This document shows, piece after piece, positions 26,101 through 40,271 of a DNA stretch of 64,000 bases. Source of the DNA: Bugula neritina. Taxonomy: Eukaryota; Animalia; Bryozoa. A program made the position numbers and the translations under genes. The stretch's first letter is position 1. Each line of letters starts with the position of its first letter. The notes under the pieces were generated by a model. The model had not been told where the DNA came from, ran no database searches, and worked only from the letters and a program-made list of their open reading frames with translations. The stretch covers positions 3,173,628 to 3,237,627 of the forward strand of contig OZ037771.1 of the NCBI GenBank assembly GCA_964035545.1, written 5' to 3'.

Positions 26101-27006
26101 TGATGGTAAGTAAACATACCTTATATTAGAGCATGGCGTTAAAATATATATAGCCTTAGTGTTCTATAACTGTCTTGAATATTGGAAATAAGCTAAGCAT
26201 GCGCAAAGTACATATCCGTAGCTCATTAATTTCATGCAATACCAATATGTACACATGTCACTCACAAAATATAATATTACCAATACAGAATAAAAACATT
26301 GTCCTTTACCAGTATATTGGTGTTGGTGAGAATTGCAAAAAATTCTTTTTGTTTACCAAGATTTAACGAATACATGCTTTAGTTTCCACCTTCGTTAAGT
26401 CTTTCTACAAATCAATAGACTATGCATATATGCATCGTGCTTTACTTAGTCCGCTGAATAAATTTATTGAAAACCAAATCAATATCGCCATAGAAAACTC
26501 TCTGTTGCCTAACTTTACAGCATTAGATGACATAATCATTGTGTATGCATGCCATAATAATAATGGTGACTAGATGAGAGTACTCATGGCAGTGTTGTTT
26601 TCATTTCTTAAAGTTGAATGAGGATACAATGATAACTGATAACTTTTTGTATTTTTTGGTTAAATATATTTATTTCAAAATGAGAAAAGTTTTCAGTTTG
26701 GTTTTGATTACTAAAAATATTTTTCACATAATATGTATAGATTCAGTAAGAAAGCGCTTATGTTGTCCCAGACGCGGGTTTAGCATAATTTCCAGAACAA
26801 AATAGAACGAGTTGCCTTGAGCCAATCTGATCGTGAGTTTCTTGTTTCAGGACGCGTTTGCTGAAGATGCCGAAGGGGCGGTGATAAACTTTGAATGTCT
26901 GCCTCATTCCGGGACCATTTCAACTTGTCGCAATGAATTGGGAGAGCTCGAGCAAATTCTTACCTTAGAAACACCAGAAGGACCTGTCGTTGTTGAGCAT
27001 AATTAA
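23178..27006 (+). CDS. FAIM C-terminal-domain-like protein, 142 aa, 4 exons (not in the ORF track)
   Basis: Exons 23178-23254, 24861-25006, 26056-26105, 26851-27006, all GT-AG with matching phases 2,1,0. Product: MSVMLTATKNVVRKKSASAKSARNKDRRPPSKPKTQTASHSSHVSSQNVKTWRWTEVVESQEGLPEESIKTLTFRKDTVEIWVDDEKAKVMDAFAEDAEGAVINFECLPHSGTISTCRNELGELEQILTLETPEGPVVVEHN. It resembles the FAIM1 segment TW...IVLEKD.MDVWCNGKK...GEFVDDGTETHF...H.CYI. Confidence 0.75.
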
Positions 27007-27980
27007 CCTATCTATGGATCAGTTTTATAGTTTATCATCTTTGACAATTTAATTGCTTTAAAAATTTTTAATTGCTTTAAAAATTATATTTCTAGATTCA
27101 TCTTGTTAGACTGTCATTTTTCTCCAATTAGTTTAAAACTAGAGGTCAAAATGAGGGGGTCCATTGGGGCACCCCTACCATTTCCTCCAATTAGTTTAGA
27201 ACTAGTGCTATTACTATACTTATGGTAGGATACCATATCACTTCCTGTTCACTGATGCACCAGAAATTGACACGAGAGATATGGCATAGATTATATGAGA
27301 CCTAAAATACAAATTAAATCAATTATATATGTTATATGCTAAAACTTATGGAGACATGATAACGTATTCAACATTGAACTACCAGTTGCTGGGGTTACTT
27401 TCAATATGTTGATGCTATGAAATGCCATACATAATTAGTTGTGGAAAGAAACAGTGTTTTTAGTTTGTTAAAGATATTAAAGGCATTCTATTTTTTCAAG
27501 CTGAAGTTTTAAAGCTGAATCATCTAATACTGAATGTAAAAGATTTAACTTTTATGTTGAGTAGTCTTGTCGTATTTTAATAATTTCATTATATATTTCT
27601 TAAACTATAGAATATATTTTCTGATTTATGACAAAACTTCGTTTTTTACCCAAGTGTTTTAGTATAATTCTATTTCAACTGTTTTTCATACTGTCCATTG
27701 ACTTTGTTTATGTACTGGTTGTTCATTAGAAAACATTTGTTGACTACATAATCTCTAAATGTTTTTTCCTACTTTATTCGCTCAATTTAGTATCTGTGAT
27801 GGTGGTTTTATTTGCTAAAATATAATATAACACAGTTGTTGTTGAAAAATAATTATTCTAATAAAAATATGGCAATGATGCGTTGCTTTTAGTGGTTTAT
27901 AGTCAACTCTCTACATCTCTACTGACTTCTTGTTGTATTATAACTATTTATGTAGTGTTATGGGTGAGATATGAAGATGT

Positions 27981-28180
27981 ATGATATGCTGGGATATTGA
28001 GGTATGATATGCTGGGATATTGAGGTATGATATGCTGGGATATTGAGGTATGATATGCTGGGATATTGAGGTATGATATGCTGGGATATTGAGGTATGAT
28101 ATGCTGGGATATTAAGGTATGATATGCTGGGATATTGAGGTATGATATGCTGGGATATTAAGATATGATGGGATATTGAG
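27981..28180. repeat. 23-bp minisatellite, ~8 copies
   Basis: Unit GATATGCTGGGATATTGAGGTAT. Confidence 0.95.
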
Positions 28181-29660
28181 TCAGATGCTATTTGGTTACA
28201 TGGTTTTCGGTCACGTTACAGCATAAAGCTAATACCAACACCAACAGTTTTTAATATACACAACACACCATTAGCAGAGTTCAACTTTACCACTAATGTG
28301 TGTATTGTTGGTAACTTTATATTTGCAATTAAAAGCAGCAACAGATGTGACTACAATGTTTTTCGCTGCAAATGCGTCATTATGGCCAACAAGTCATGTG
28401 CTGCATTAAGCATGTCATGCGCTGTCGTCAGCTTTGATGATTATGAATTAATTATACTGAGTCAACAAAACGTACTTTAGGTTATTGATTCGATGATGAC
28501 ATGATTTGTAACTTATGTTAGTCGAGAAAACTTACTGCAAAAGATAATTCCACAGTTACTTTGAAATGAAAAGTAATGGAAAGCAACATGGATGATTATA
28601 AAACAAATTTTAACACATGCCACATTGATTTATTTGTGATTTGAATAAAAAAGCTAAGATGTCATAGGAATACTGAGAATATGTGGTCATAACTCCAATT
28701 CAAATTAATCATTATAATTATCTGTCTGGGAGAGGGGGGGGGGGCGGGTGTGTGTGTAAAGGGGCACAGTTCAGAAATGTAAGGATAGCAAACTATTAGG
28801 TTGAAAGTTAATCTTGTAGTAGAAAACAAAAAATAAGCATTCAAACCGATTTAGACTTCAGAATGCCTACTTTATTCAACGAGTTCAGCCATTACTGAAA
28901 CATAATTATCGAATGGGTATAGAGTCTGTCCTAGGCATAGAATTAGTCCATTGATTGCTGCTGCATCACAGCTAGTCAAGTGAAAATGACAACCAGGTTT
29001 TATAAATTTTCTGTGAGATTTGGGTTGATGTTTGTTTTTTCAATCAATATGTTGAATGTAAAACTTCTGCATGGTTTGTAATAATTAGTAATCAGCAATT
29101 TTGCTATTAATTATTGATAAAAAGATCTTTTATCTTTCCAACTCACATCAAAGACAAAAGCCCCGCTATAACATGCCCAGGTAATATTGCACTAAATATA
29201 TGCAAGAGCTGACCCAGTGTTGGATTAAAACCGTCCAATCAATACGCAGGCCACCAGCGAGCAGTACAAGGCAGCATTATATGGTGTGCCAATTAATTAC
29301 AAACTGAACAAAATTTTGCAGCTTCAAACATGGAAATAGTAGAGTTTTAGTAAAAACATTGAATAGGTTTTATTTGTGATGAACAAGGAAGATCATTGAG
29401 AGTTTGAAATAAAAAAATAAATGAAACTATAAAGTAGCATTGCCTGAGTTCACTAAATTGTACAAGCTATACATGGTACGGGCAAATAACACCGACCCTT
29501 CTATGTACAAAAACAGCACACATGTCTCTTCCATCTCAGCAAGCTTTTATATTGGCAAGTTTTTGACGACCACGTCTTGAAAGTCGTTGCAATCTCATTC
29601 CTAATATTTGAGGTGAGTCATAATACAGAAATAGCTTTGTCTAACAATGGCTATGATTGG

Positions 29661-32600
29661 TCACCTTGCTGGTGGCCTGCTGTCCATATATTTACTCATA
29701 ACCACGGCACTTTTCAGCCGAACCTGCCCAGATATTCTACGACGTAGAGCCTCTCTCTCTTCAGCTAACCGTCTCTCCTCCTTTTCTTTTAAACCCAAAA
29801 GTATTTTTTCTCTAAGCTCTTTTTCTTTGCGAGCATTTTCTTCCTTTTCCTTTCTCTTTTCCTACAGTATTTATATAATTTATTCTCTCAGAATATTGTG
29901 AAGACAACTTTAAAAATATGACAAAGCAAACAATGCGTGACAGGTATGCAAATATCATTAAAAGACAACTTAGAGCGGTGCAACTCGGAAGAAGTAACAT
30001 TTGGTATTAAGTCTATAGCTCATCCCGCCACCAACTAAACGACACAGGAAGTATAACTAGGCTGACCTCTAGTTTTCGTCGTTTGGTTTCTTGCTCATGT
30101 CTAATCTTTTCTTCAGCAAGTCGTTGCTGTTCTAGTACGAGCTCTTTCTCCCTTTTCAGAACTTCTTCTTCTGTCTTCTGCTTCTGTAAGAGAATCCAGT
30201 GTGCACAGTGCAAACACAATGGTATAATAACACAGCTATGAGGGAGAGAGCAAGACCAGTGCAGAGCAGGGCAGAGCAGAAAATGTAAACTCAGCATGTG
30301 ATTTAAAGTCCATGTTCTACTGTAATAACGCTTACGTTGCAGTGCAATGATTTCATAAAATCTGTAAGAACCCCCGACGATTTCTCAACGAAAACCAATC
30401 AAAGAAAATTAAAGTTATACTTCTTGGCAAAAGTATTCACCAGCTTAGGCTTAATCAGGGATAACTAATTAATGAATCAGTTGCTGCAATATGCCATTAC
30501 AAGCTTGCTCAAAACACGCCACTCAGAAAAAGAAGTATGGCAGTTGCTTGTAGAACTTCTATGTGACATGACAAGTTCTTTCAGGTGGTGGTAGGTAGTG
30601 GCAGGTGGTAGCAGCTGGTTCTTACCTTGACTCTGTCAAACAGTTCAGTGAGAAGACGAATACTCTCGAGCTTTCGCTGAGCCACCAAGATTTTCCTCTC
30701 CTCTTTGGCAATATTTAGTGCTAGAACTCTTTCCTCTTCACATCTTTTCATCTCGTCTAACTTTTCTTTTCTTTTTCTTTCTCTCTCCCGTTTTCTTCTG
30801 GCTTTTTCCTCTTTTTCTTCACGCTCTTTGCGTCTGCAGAAATACTGTTTCATTTCATGATCTTTCAAAGGTTGAAAGTCAAAGGTTAAACAACAAACCA
30901 ACATGATGAAACTTGATGTCAAGAAATGTTTTTAAACTATTCTCAAACACAACTGGTAAACAAAATAAAATGAACTGCTAAAAGTTAAATAAAGCAGCAG
31001 AGAATGACAAACTTACGCAATCTCTTTCTGTTTGTTCTCCTCGAACTCTTTCTCTGCCTGTTTTTTCCTTTCCTTCTCCAACAGAAGAGATTTTATTTTT
31101 TCTGTTTCCTGTTCACGCTTTTTTATTGATTTGTCTGTCAAGTGCTTCGTTTTATCAAAATCAACCTAAAGCAAAGTATTCACAATCAGCACCTTCACTG
31201 AAGCTACAACAGCCACACTCGCTGTACTACTTTATCTCATGACTGAAGAATAAATAGAGAAAAAGCCCACTAAAACTACCCTATTTTTCTGTACATGACT
31301 ATCAGTATCCTCACACTATAAGTGGCTACAGCCTAACAGCAACCATCATAAAGTGGTTTATAAAAATAAATTTTAGAAAATTCCATTTAATAAATAAGTA
31401 AAACCATTAATGAAACTATGGAATAGTTAATGCTAGGTTAAGCGATGAACAGCCTGAAAAACCTTCAAAATATTCCACATCAGGTCTCAATAGCTCGAGA
31501 TCTGTGGCCCACCTTGATGGTAGCTGTGAAGGCCTTCCCATCCTGGTTGATATGCATGAGTTTCATGCCTCTCAGTGCCTATGCCTCTCAGTGCCTCCAT
31601 ACACTTGACAAAACACATGTACTCCTTGTACTGTACGTACACGTCAAACACCAAGTCCTGTCCAAACTTGAACGTGTTGATGCCGGCAGCGTTTGAGGCA
31701 GCAGAAGACACAGTGATCTCTTCCCTGACAGAACAAAGGAGTCAATACAACTCATTATGAAATAAGAAACTTTTCATAACATAAGATTTATCTTTACTTT
31801 CTTTAAAAAGATCATAACATAATTTCAAGAACTTTAGTAAACTGTAAAGTAAATTGAATGGTATTTGAGAAATTGAAATTTGCATCATGTTACTTAACCC
31901 CTTCAACCTGTTCAAAAATCAAACAATGTAAGTACTTATTGTTGCTTAATTGGAGCATCGTAACAAAGTAAAACATGTACTTTGTACTCTATTAAATGAC
32001 CAAAAATAATATTTTCTGCACTACAATTACATCAATTTTAACCCTGAAAAAGGAAGACAAGTTCTTATTGGACAGCAATAGTCTGCATTTAAATACACAA
32101 CAAACACAACTATGAGTTAATTTGAGCAGTGAGTATTCCGGAATACCGACCTATAGGGATCCAGGATAGGGACGTCTATACACCTGATGTCTCCATACTG
32201 ACTGAACACCTCTCTGATGATGTCATAGGAGGGTTTATTGGTTGCTGACTTGTACGAGGAGGAGGTGGAGGGGGAGTGTGAAGGGGCGAACCACTTGCAC
32301 GGTACTTCTGTTATGTGAATGGTGTCTGGTCGCTCACCTGGTTACATTATCCAATCACAGTCATTGTATAATAAAAACAGAATCCATTATAAGTAAGCTA
32401 GACAAAATTAATCACTAGTGGTTTCCAGACATTACATTTAAACAAAATAATATGTTAATAAGTGATGAGAAAAAAGAAATTAGCACATTTTGTAACAATA
32501 TTACGTAGAAGTACTACTTTCATGTGGTTAATGCAAAGGTTCACATTTAAATAATTTACAATCAGCAGCTGTAGAAAAACATTTGTTTCTTAAACAGAGA

Positions 32601-33936
32601 CTACTAAAAAAAATATATTTTCCATAAACATATTATTATTGGTTTATAAAATTTCAGTTCAAATCAATTCGGCTGAGTTTTTTAGGTTAGAAGGTATTAT
32701 AAAAAAGTTAATACACTTGCAAAAATATACCATCATTCTACCACAGGTTAAATGTTTAAAAATCCAATAGCAAAGAAAATTCCAAGAAGCTGCATATGTA
32801 AGTTATAATTTATATATTATAACTTGGAGCAAGTTGATTGACAAACAAAACATGCTTGCAGTGATAGAAGCAGTTGAGAGGGACGATATATTCTATACAC
32901 ACAGTCCTACGTCTCCTATATACTCACCCGCTTTCATCTCATTCATGTTCTTAGCATCTCGGAAGAAAGAGTCCCAATCATGACGGCTAGGAAACATAGA
33001 CTTGGCTTCTACAGCTCTGATTTTCAGTACTTCGGGGTAACCGCTCAACTTCATCGTACTACCTGTTAGTGAAACACATTATAGCCATAAGCAACTTCTT
33101 TTGGGAGTTTGATTAACTCAAACAAGAAAACTATTTCAAGCAATATGTCAGCCAAAATGGTTTTTTCACGCAACTACATGAGGTATTTGGAAGTCTTGGT
33201 GGTATTAGATCTCATAAAAAATTTCCATAACACTACATCAGGAAGGAAGGTCTATAAGTTAGCTATGAAGTCAAATAAGGGCTCATCAACTCTAAAAAAA
33301 CACCAACCATTCTTATTTATTTAAACATATTAGTTTTTCACCGTCTAATTTAGCTAACAGCTTTGGTAGAGATGATTTGCTCTCAGTTTACTCTTGATGA
33401 CTTTTAGCAGCATAAACTTATCTGGCTTGGCCATGGACTTTAGCTTTTCCATTACCTGCCGGCATTACCAGTAACTAATCATATACTGATAGGCTACACA
33501 GTAGTCAGTTTGTTATATATTGTAATATTTATGATTTTGTTTATTATTAATTTAACAACCAATACCAAAACAACTAAACAAAAAAAGCAGTCAGCAATTT
33601 TGCACACATTTAATTAAATCTAAACTAAAACTTCATTAAAAATGACTCTTTTCTAGTTGCTTAAAAATCTGAATAAAACAAGATTATAACCATGAATAAT
33701 ATTGAGCTCACTTTAACAACACATTTTCACAATTGAAAAACGAATATACCATGAGATAGATGCAAGAGATGACTTACTTCCCAATTGGATATAGATTTAC
33801 CACTAGTCTTCAGTTGGGGTAGCTGTACACTAATGTGAACCCTAGCTATAGGCTTGAGATACAAAGAACTTTTAGAACTAAATGAAATAATATCCGCTGT
33901 GTCATTGCAGAGTGACGTTACCGGATTGTTTGACAT
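29661..33936 (-). pseudogene. AKAP17A: A-kinase anchor protein 17A (SFRS17A) with two frameshifts; pseudogene or null allele
   Basis: Nine exons: 33936-33778, 33455-33342, 33062-32928, 32337-32151, 31724-31513, 31165-31017, 30833-30626, 30183-30067, 29861-29661. Motifs LYLKPIAR..ISVQLPQLK..GKSISNWEVMEKLK, FPSRHDWDSFFRDAKNMNE..AGERPDTIH, VDFDKTKHL and a K/E/R coiled coil. Exon 2 lacks ~28 nt, giving an early TAG; exon 5 has a 16-bp tandem duplication at 31565-31596. Confidence 0.85.
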
Positions 33937-36358
33937 GGTAACGGAGAAGTATGACTAAACCCCAATTTGCTAATCTGTAGGCCCAGGCGTGTTAACAGAT
34001 TGGAGTACTACAAGCAAAACAATATTTTTAACACTATGTGAAAATGCTCATGTTTAAACGAATAAGTGGTTTAATAACACGCTAACAGCATATTGAAATA
34101 CAAACTGCATGATAGAATTAAAGTTTAATTTCCAAACAATATTTGTATTAGAAATAAAATATAATGAACTATGAATGACAGTAAATCATTACATCTAAGG
34201 CTATAGATGTGATACTAGACCAACCAGTGACCATTTTAAATTTCAAAATGCGCATTCAATGTGAAAGCTATGCTTCCATTTGACAAGAACGCAGAAAAAG
34301 GTGGTAAAACATTCCAGTTTTATGTAAAGGTCCTAAAGATCTTGTTTTAGGATATCCTTAAATATGAGAAAGCCTTTCACAGATTGACGGCAACACATCA
34401 TAAAGTAAGATGCACTGGGTGCTGTTTTTTGCATGTGGCCTAGCTAAAGCCGAGGAACTTCCGTTTTGAAGAGAGAACCTGAACCTGTGATTTTAATTTT
34501 TTTTTTAATTTTCATTTTATTTTCTTAAATTTTACCCAAAATAGATCTTAGACTTCTGAACCATGAAGAAGGATGCCGAGAACACAGGCTAAGTAAGACC
34601 CCCCCCAATACTAATTGTAGCTAATAGTAATCATAACAATTATACTTATACTATGACTTACTTACCATTCCTATTCACATTGTTATTCAGAACCTAAAGT
34701 TAAACCATAGCTATTAATATGATTCTGAATACCGTGACTATCAATATCACTAAGAGTGACTATGACTATGAGTCATTGGTGTGAATATGTGGTCATTAGT
34801 ATGAGAATATGAGTATTTTAATTTGTATTAGTCAAACTACAATATCACATAGTGATAGTGATACTGATAGATTACCCATAGCATGAGCATTGTTATCAGT
34901 GAGTCATATTGATAGAAACTGAAAGTATCAGTATGAGTATGATAACCGAAGACTTGGAGCTAGGCTTATGTTTACTATTACTATTAGTATTACATAAGAT
35001 TACCATTAGTTTTACTACTACTATTAGTATTAATAATATCAACATTATTATTGAATTTAATATTAGTATTATATTTATTTATTGACCTATCACTATCGTC
35101 CATTGAGTCATTGAGTCATTTACTCAGTTTTGCTATCACTATGCCTATTGCATTACTACATTAGATGATGATAATCGAATTCAACAAATCAATAAAAGTA
35201 AATATATGAATTTAAGATTGAAAACTCAAAGTATCTACTAGAACTAGAAGCAGATACTCATACTCATAATGATACTCATACTGCAAGTGCATCTGTTTAG
35301 CGCCAATGCAAGTGTTTTGCAGCTTGACTTCAGACTCAGTTTAGACTTGGAGATTCAAATTGAGATTGATAATTTAACGAATTAGATTCAAATAACCATT
35401 TAATAATCATGATACAATAACAATTATGCCGATTGTCATTAATATTATACTTCACTTTTTACTCAAGCAAGCCTTGGGTGGAATTGAAAGCTTTTAGGTT
35501 TAAATTCAGTGTACAGGGTTTCGATCAGTGTTGGCTATAGAGTTGTCCCTCCTATTCATATGATTGCGTTGAGGCATTCGCAAGGCCAATCAATATTTTT
35601 GTAATAATGATCAACATTTTGCACATGCCTACACTTTGGTGATTATATTTTTTTCTTATTTCCCTAGGTTAAGCTTTCATGGAAGCTGTCTATCAATTTA
35701 AAAGTTGCTGGTTTTGAACTAATTAACGTTGCTAATAAATTATTTAATAATTGATCATAGCCAATTCTTATATAATGCTAATTTTGCTGTCATGCTAGAA
35801 AGTTATATTTGTTTTTAGAATGTCACGTTTTAAGGCAGAAGGTTAGTCTTGAGAAGAATTGTATAGGGTGAGAAGCATATCGATATTTACTCTAATTTCG
35901 GCATAAGAAAAGCATATTAATCATTTTAAGAACATTAATTTGCTATAAATTTCAAATATAACATTCATGTCATCACACAAAGTAAACAACAAGATAATAG
36001 ATTACTGTTTGATAAAGAATTGGCATTTCTATAAATCAATAGTCTACATATCTCATTTGGGATAAATGTGCCATGACAAGACTTTGACATTTATTACAAT
36101 TTTAAAAGTAAAAAATTATAGAGGTTTGTCAACAAATTGTAGCATGGACAACTTGGGCATCTTGGGTAAGTCATAGTCAATCAAATAGTAAGAAATAAAG
36201 CCTAATAGTGCATGCCATGTAAGTCAAAACTTCTGAGATACATTTAATAGAGACATGTATGGGAAGCATTCAATAGCTTGCGTTCTAAAGAAAAGTTAAA
36301 AATGTTAATAGGTTATTGCAAATTTTTAATCCTATCTGCTTCTTAACCGCTCACATAA

Positions 36359-37461
<1,103 letters not shown>

Positions 37462-37746
37462 GAATTGCCCAATATTTATATGAACAAAATTGAAAATAGA
37501 GTTATCTTTTCAGTTGAAACTGTGAATTAAAGGAAAGAGCACAAACAATTTTTTAAATTAAATTTTACACAAAAATAATGCTATGCGAGCAGTAAACCAT
37601 TTACAAACAATATACACAACATATGCTATGCTATATAGGTACTGCCAGCATTGTCTCTTAGATCATTTTCTAACTTTAAAAAGAAAGTTAAACGTGAAAG
37701 ATAGTTAACTAGTTCTTATTCACTTGGTGTGTCATACACCCACACA

Positions 37747-38959
37747 ATGAAACAACGCAGCTCAAACACTGTAGGCTATCTGCTAACAATTGTAGGTACT
37801 CTCATTATACTGATGCAGATTAGGTGGGTACAACTCCAAAAGATCCATGTCAGTTATTCTCCAGCAGTCATCAATTCTAATGAGATCGAATCATTCCAAA
37901 ATGTTGGTTCTCTTTTCACTTGCGGTTATTTATGCACCAAAAGTTCCAACTGCCTTGGGTTTAGATACAACCAGACAGTTTCTAGTTGTGGGTTGGTTGA
38001 CTGTGCCACCCCAAACTACGCAGTATCCTCTACAAGTGAGAAAACAGACTATCTCTTGGCATCTTTAGAATTTGATTCATCAGTTGCTAGAGGTTTGTGA
38101 GTATTTCATGGTTCACAAGCTAAAGTTATTTTTTACTATGCAATATATATTATTTGATGTTACCTAGTACAATTATGGCTCTATAACTGTTCCATTTTGT
38201 TCTAATAGGCCAACTGTCAATATAGAAACAATTTCAGTAACAATATTAACAAAGTTACAGTAAAACAAAACACATGGCTGTTTCCTTTAATTTGGCTATT
38301 ATATAATGCATTTATTTACTTAAAAATATTCTATAATAAAAGTTATATATACTGTTAAAATAAAATACTATTTAATTAGCCCAACGGCTAGATGCCTATA
38401 CTTCTCCAAAACGTAGTAATTGCGTAATTTGTATACAACATCCAAGTAATTAGGTGTTAGTGCTTACTCTGTTTTTGCTAATATAAGTCTTAAATTATAT
38501 AGTCTTCAGAAACATGAAAAGTCTAAAGTCATGTTTTAAAGCATCAAATAGTTCTCATAAAAAGTTAGGCTGCAAGATTGCCTCTCTCACATTATATTAT
38601 GTATATTATGAGATACAGCAACTATCAAGGTGTCCAACAAATATATTTCATGCTTGCATGGAGCTCTAACTCAAACTGGAAGAATTTACGCAGCATGGGT
38701 AGCTCCCATGACAGTTAAATAAGTTTCAGTCCTGATAGACGATTCCATTTAGACGACTTTATTTAAAAAACATTAAAAATTAAAGAAATTTAAATTTAGT
38801 GACATTTGATACTAAATCGCATATATTTTGGTTTCATGTGTAAATCCATGTGCACACAGGTGTATAACTAAAGCTATATGCATAATACTATGACTCATTG
38901 AAGCCAAATTGCTCTAACAGTTTACTTGAGCCATATTTCATAAAATGCCTAAATTTTTT

Positions 38960-38990
<31 letters not shown>

Positions 38991-40271
38991 GACATTAATA
39001 TAATTTTTTCGGCTATTACTCTACACAATGTTCATTTAATTTCAAAGCTTAAAATAGTCAAATATATTTAATTTTAAATATCATCTGCAAATATATTTGA
39101 TAACAATATTTGGGTTCGTCTAACTGGAAGTGGTCTATCCGGAATGACACCTTTATATACAGCAACTCCCCCATCAGTAGCCTATGTATAGCATGTATAT
39201 GCAGTAACTCTCCAAATAGTAGCTTATGTATAGCATGTATATACAGTAACTCTCTGATTAATAGCCTAGGTATAGCATGTATATAGGTACAATCTATAGC
39301 ATATATATAAGTATAACATGTATATACAGTAACTGTAGCTGGTCTGTTTGATTACTTCAGGAAAGCCAACTGAAGCAAGTAGCTTGTATTCTGATGCTTA
39401 TCCATACAAAGCCGTTGATCACTCGAGCAGTACATGGTTTGGCACTAACCGTAGATCATACAGTTGGTGGAGAGTTAATCTGGAAAGAGAACATTGCATC
39501 TATTCTGTTGGAGCTTCTGTATATACAGGTAAGTGCATGTAACATGTAAGTTACATGAGAAACATTGAGTCTTGATTCCGAATTTAACATTATATTCATT
39601 ATTCCATACAGATGCACGAGTAATATTATATTGGTTATATACTTAGAAAAGTGCGAGATTATATAAGCTATGCATTATAAAAATCCATATATTCTATATA
39701 TATGCAAATTAGTAAACATATTTTAATTCTACTAATGTAGAAGCTTAGTTATTTGGTGACTATATATCAGAATGTACTAATATAACATAACAAAAGAACA
39801 ATATGCATATATATATATTAGTACATTATTAGGTAATACAATTAATATGGATATATTAGTATAAACAGTAATATTATAGCAAGCATACAGGAGGCATTGA
39901 ATATAACTGTCATTAGTACTACCATTGCATATCTGTATAGTTGCTCATTATTATAGAAATTATATATAAACATTGCTAAATTATACTTCATGGTCTCACA
40001 TGTTCTTATAGATTACGATCTGAGCTGGACTAAGTGGTCAGTTGTTATAACACGGAGCATCAATGATCTGCCGTCTGGTGGCGAAATATTAGGAGTCTCG
40101 AGTCACATGGTCTGTACATCGAGAGAATTTAACCCCCGAGACATGTCTGATAGGGCATACATGGAGTTTGAATGTGGCAGAGCTATGAAAGGAGTTTATG
40201 TTCAAATTCACAGCCATTTCAATGAATTCATTTCTTTTTATAATGTAGTAGTGACTGCTATAATGCAATAG
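37747..40271 (+). CDS. Secreted or membrane-anchored PAN/Apple + F-type lectin (F5/8C-like) domain protein, ~257 aa, 3 exons
   Basis: Exons 37747-38092, 39361-39528, 40012-40271 (phases 1,1). Hydrophobic N-terminus; PAN-like C-x3-C-x5-C-x-GF-x-Y-x6-C; VARGKPTEASS, KAVD, SWWRVNL and FECGRAMKGVYVQI are typical of the fucolectin/galactose-binding-like fold. Confidence 0.8.
39155..39332. repeat. Degenerate ~44-bp tandem repeat upstream of lectin exon 2
   Basis: Recurring TATAGCATGTATATACAGTAACTC units. Confidence 0.7.

Noticed and set aside
27120-27205. ~20-bp direct repeats flanking a small GC-rich hairpin
   Set aside because: Too short and single-copy in this window to assign; probably a transposon remnant.
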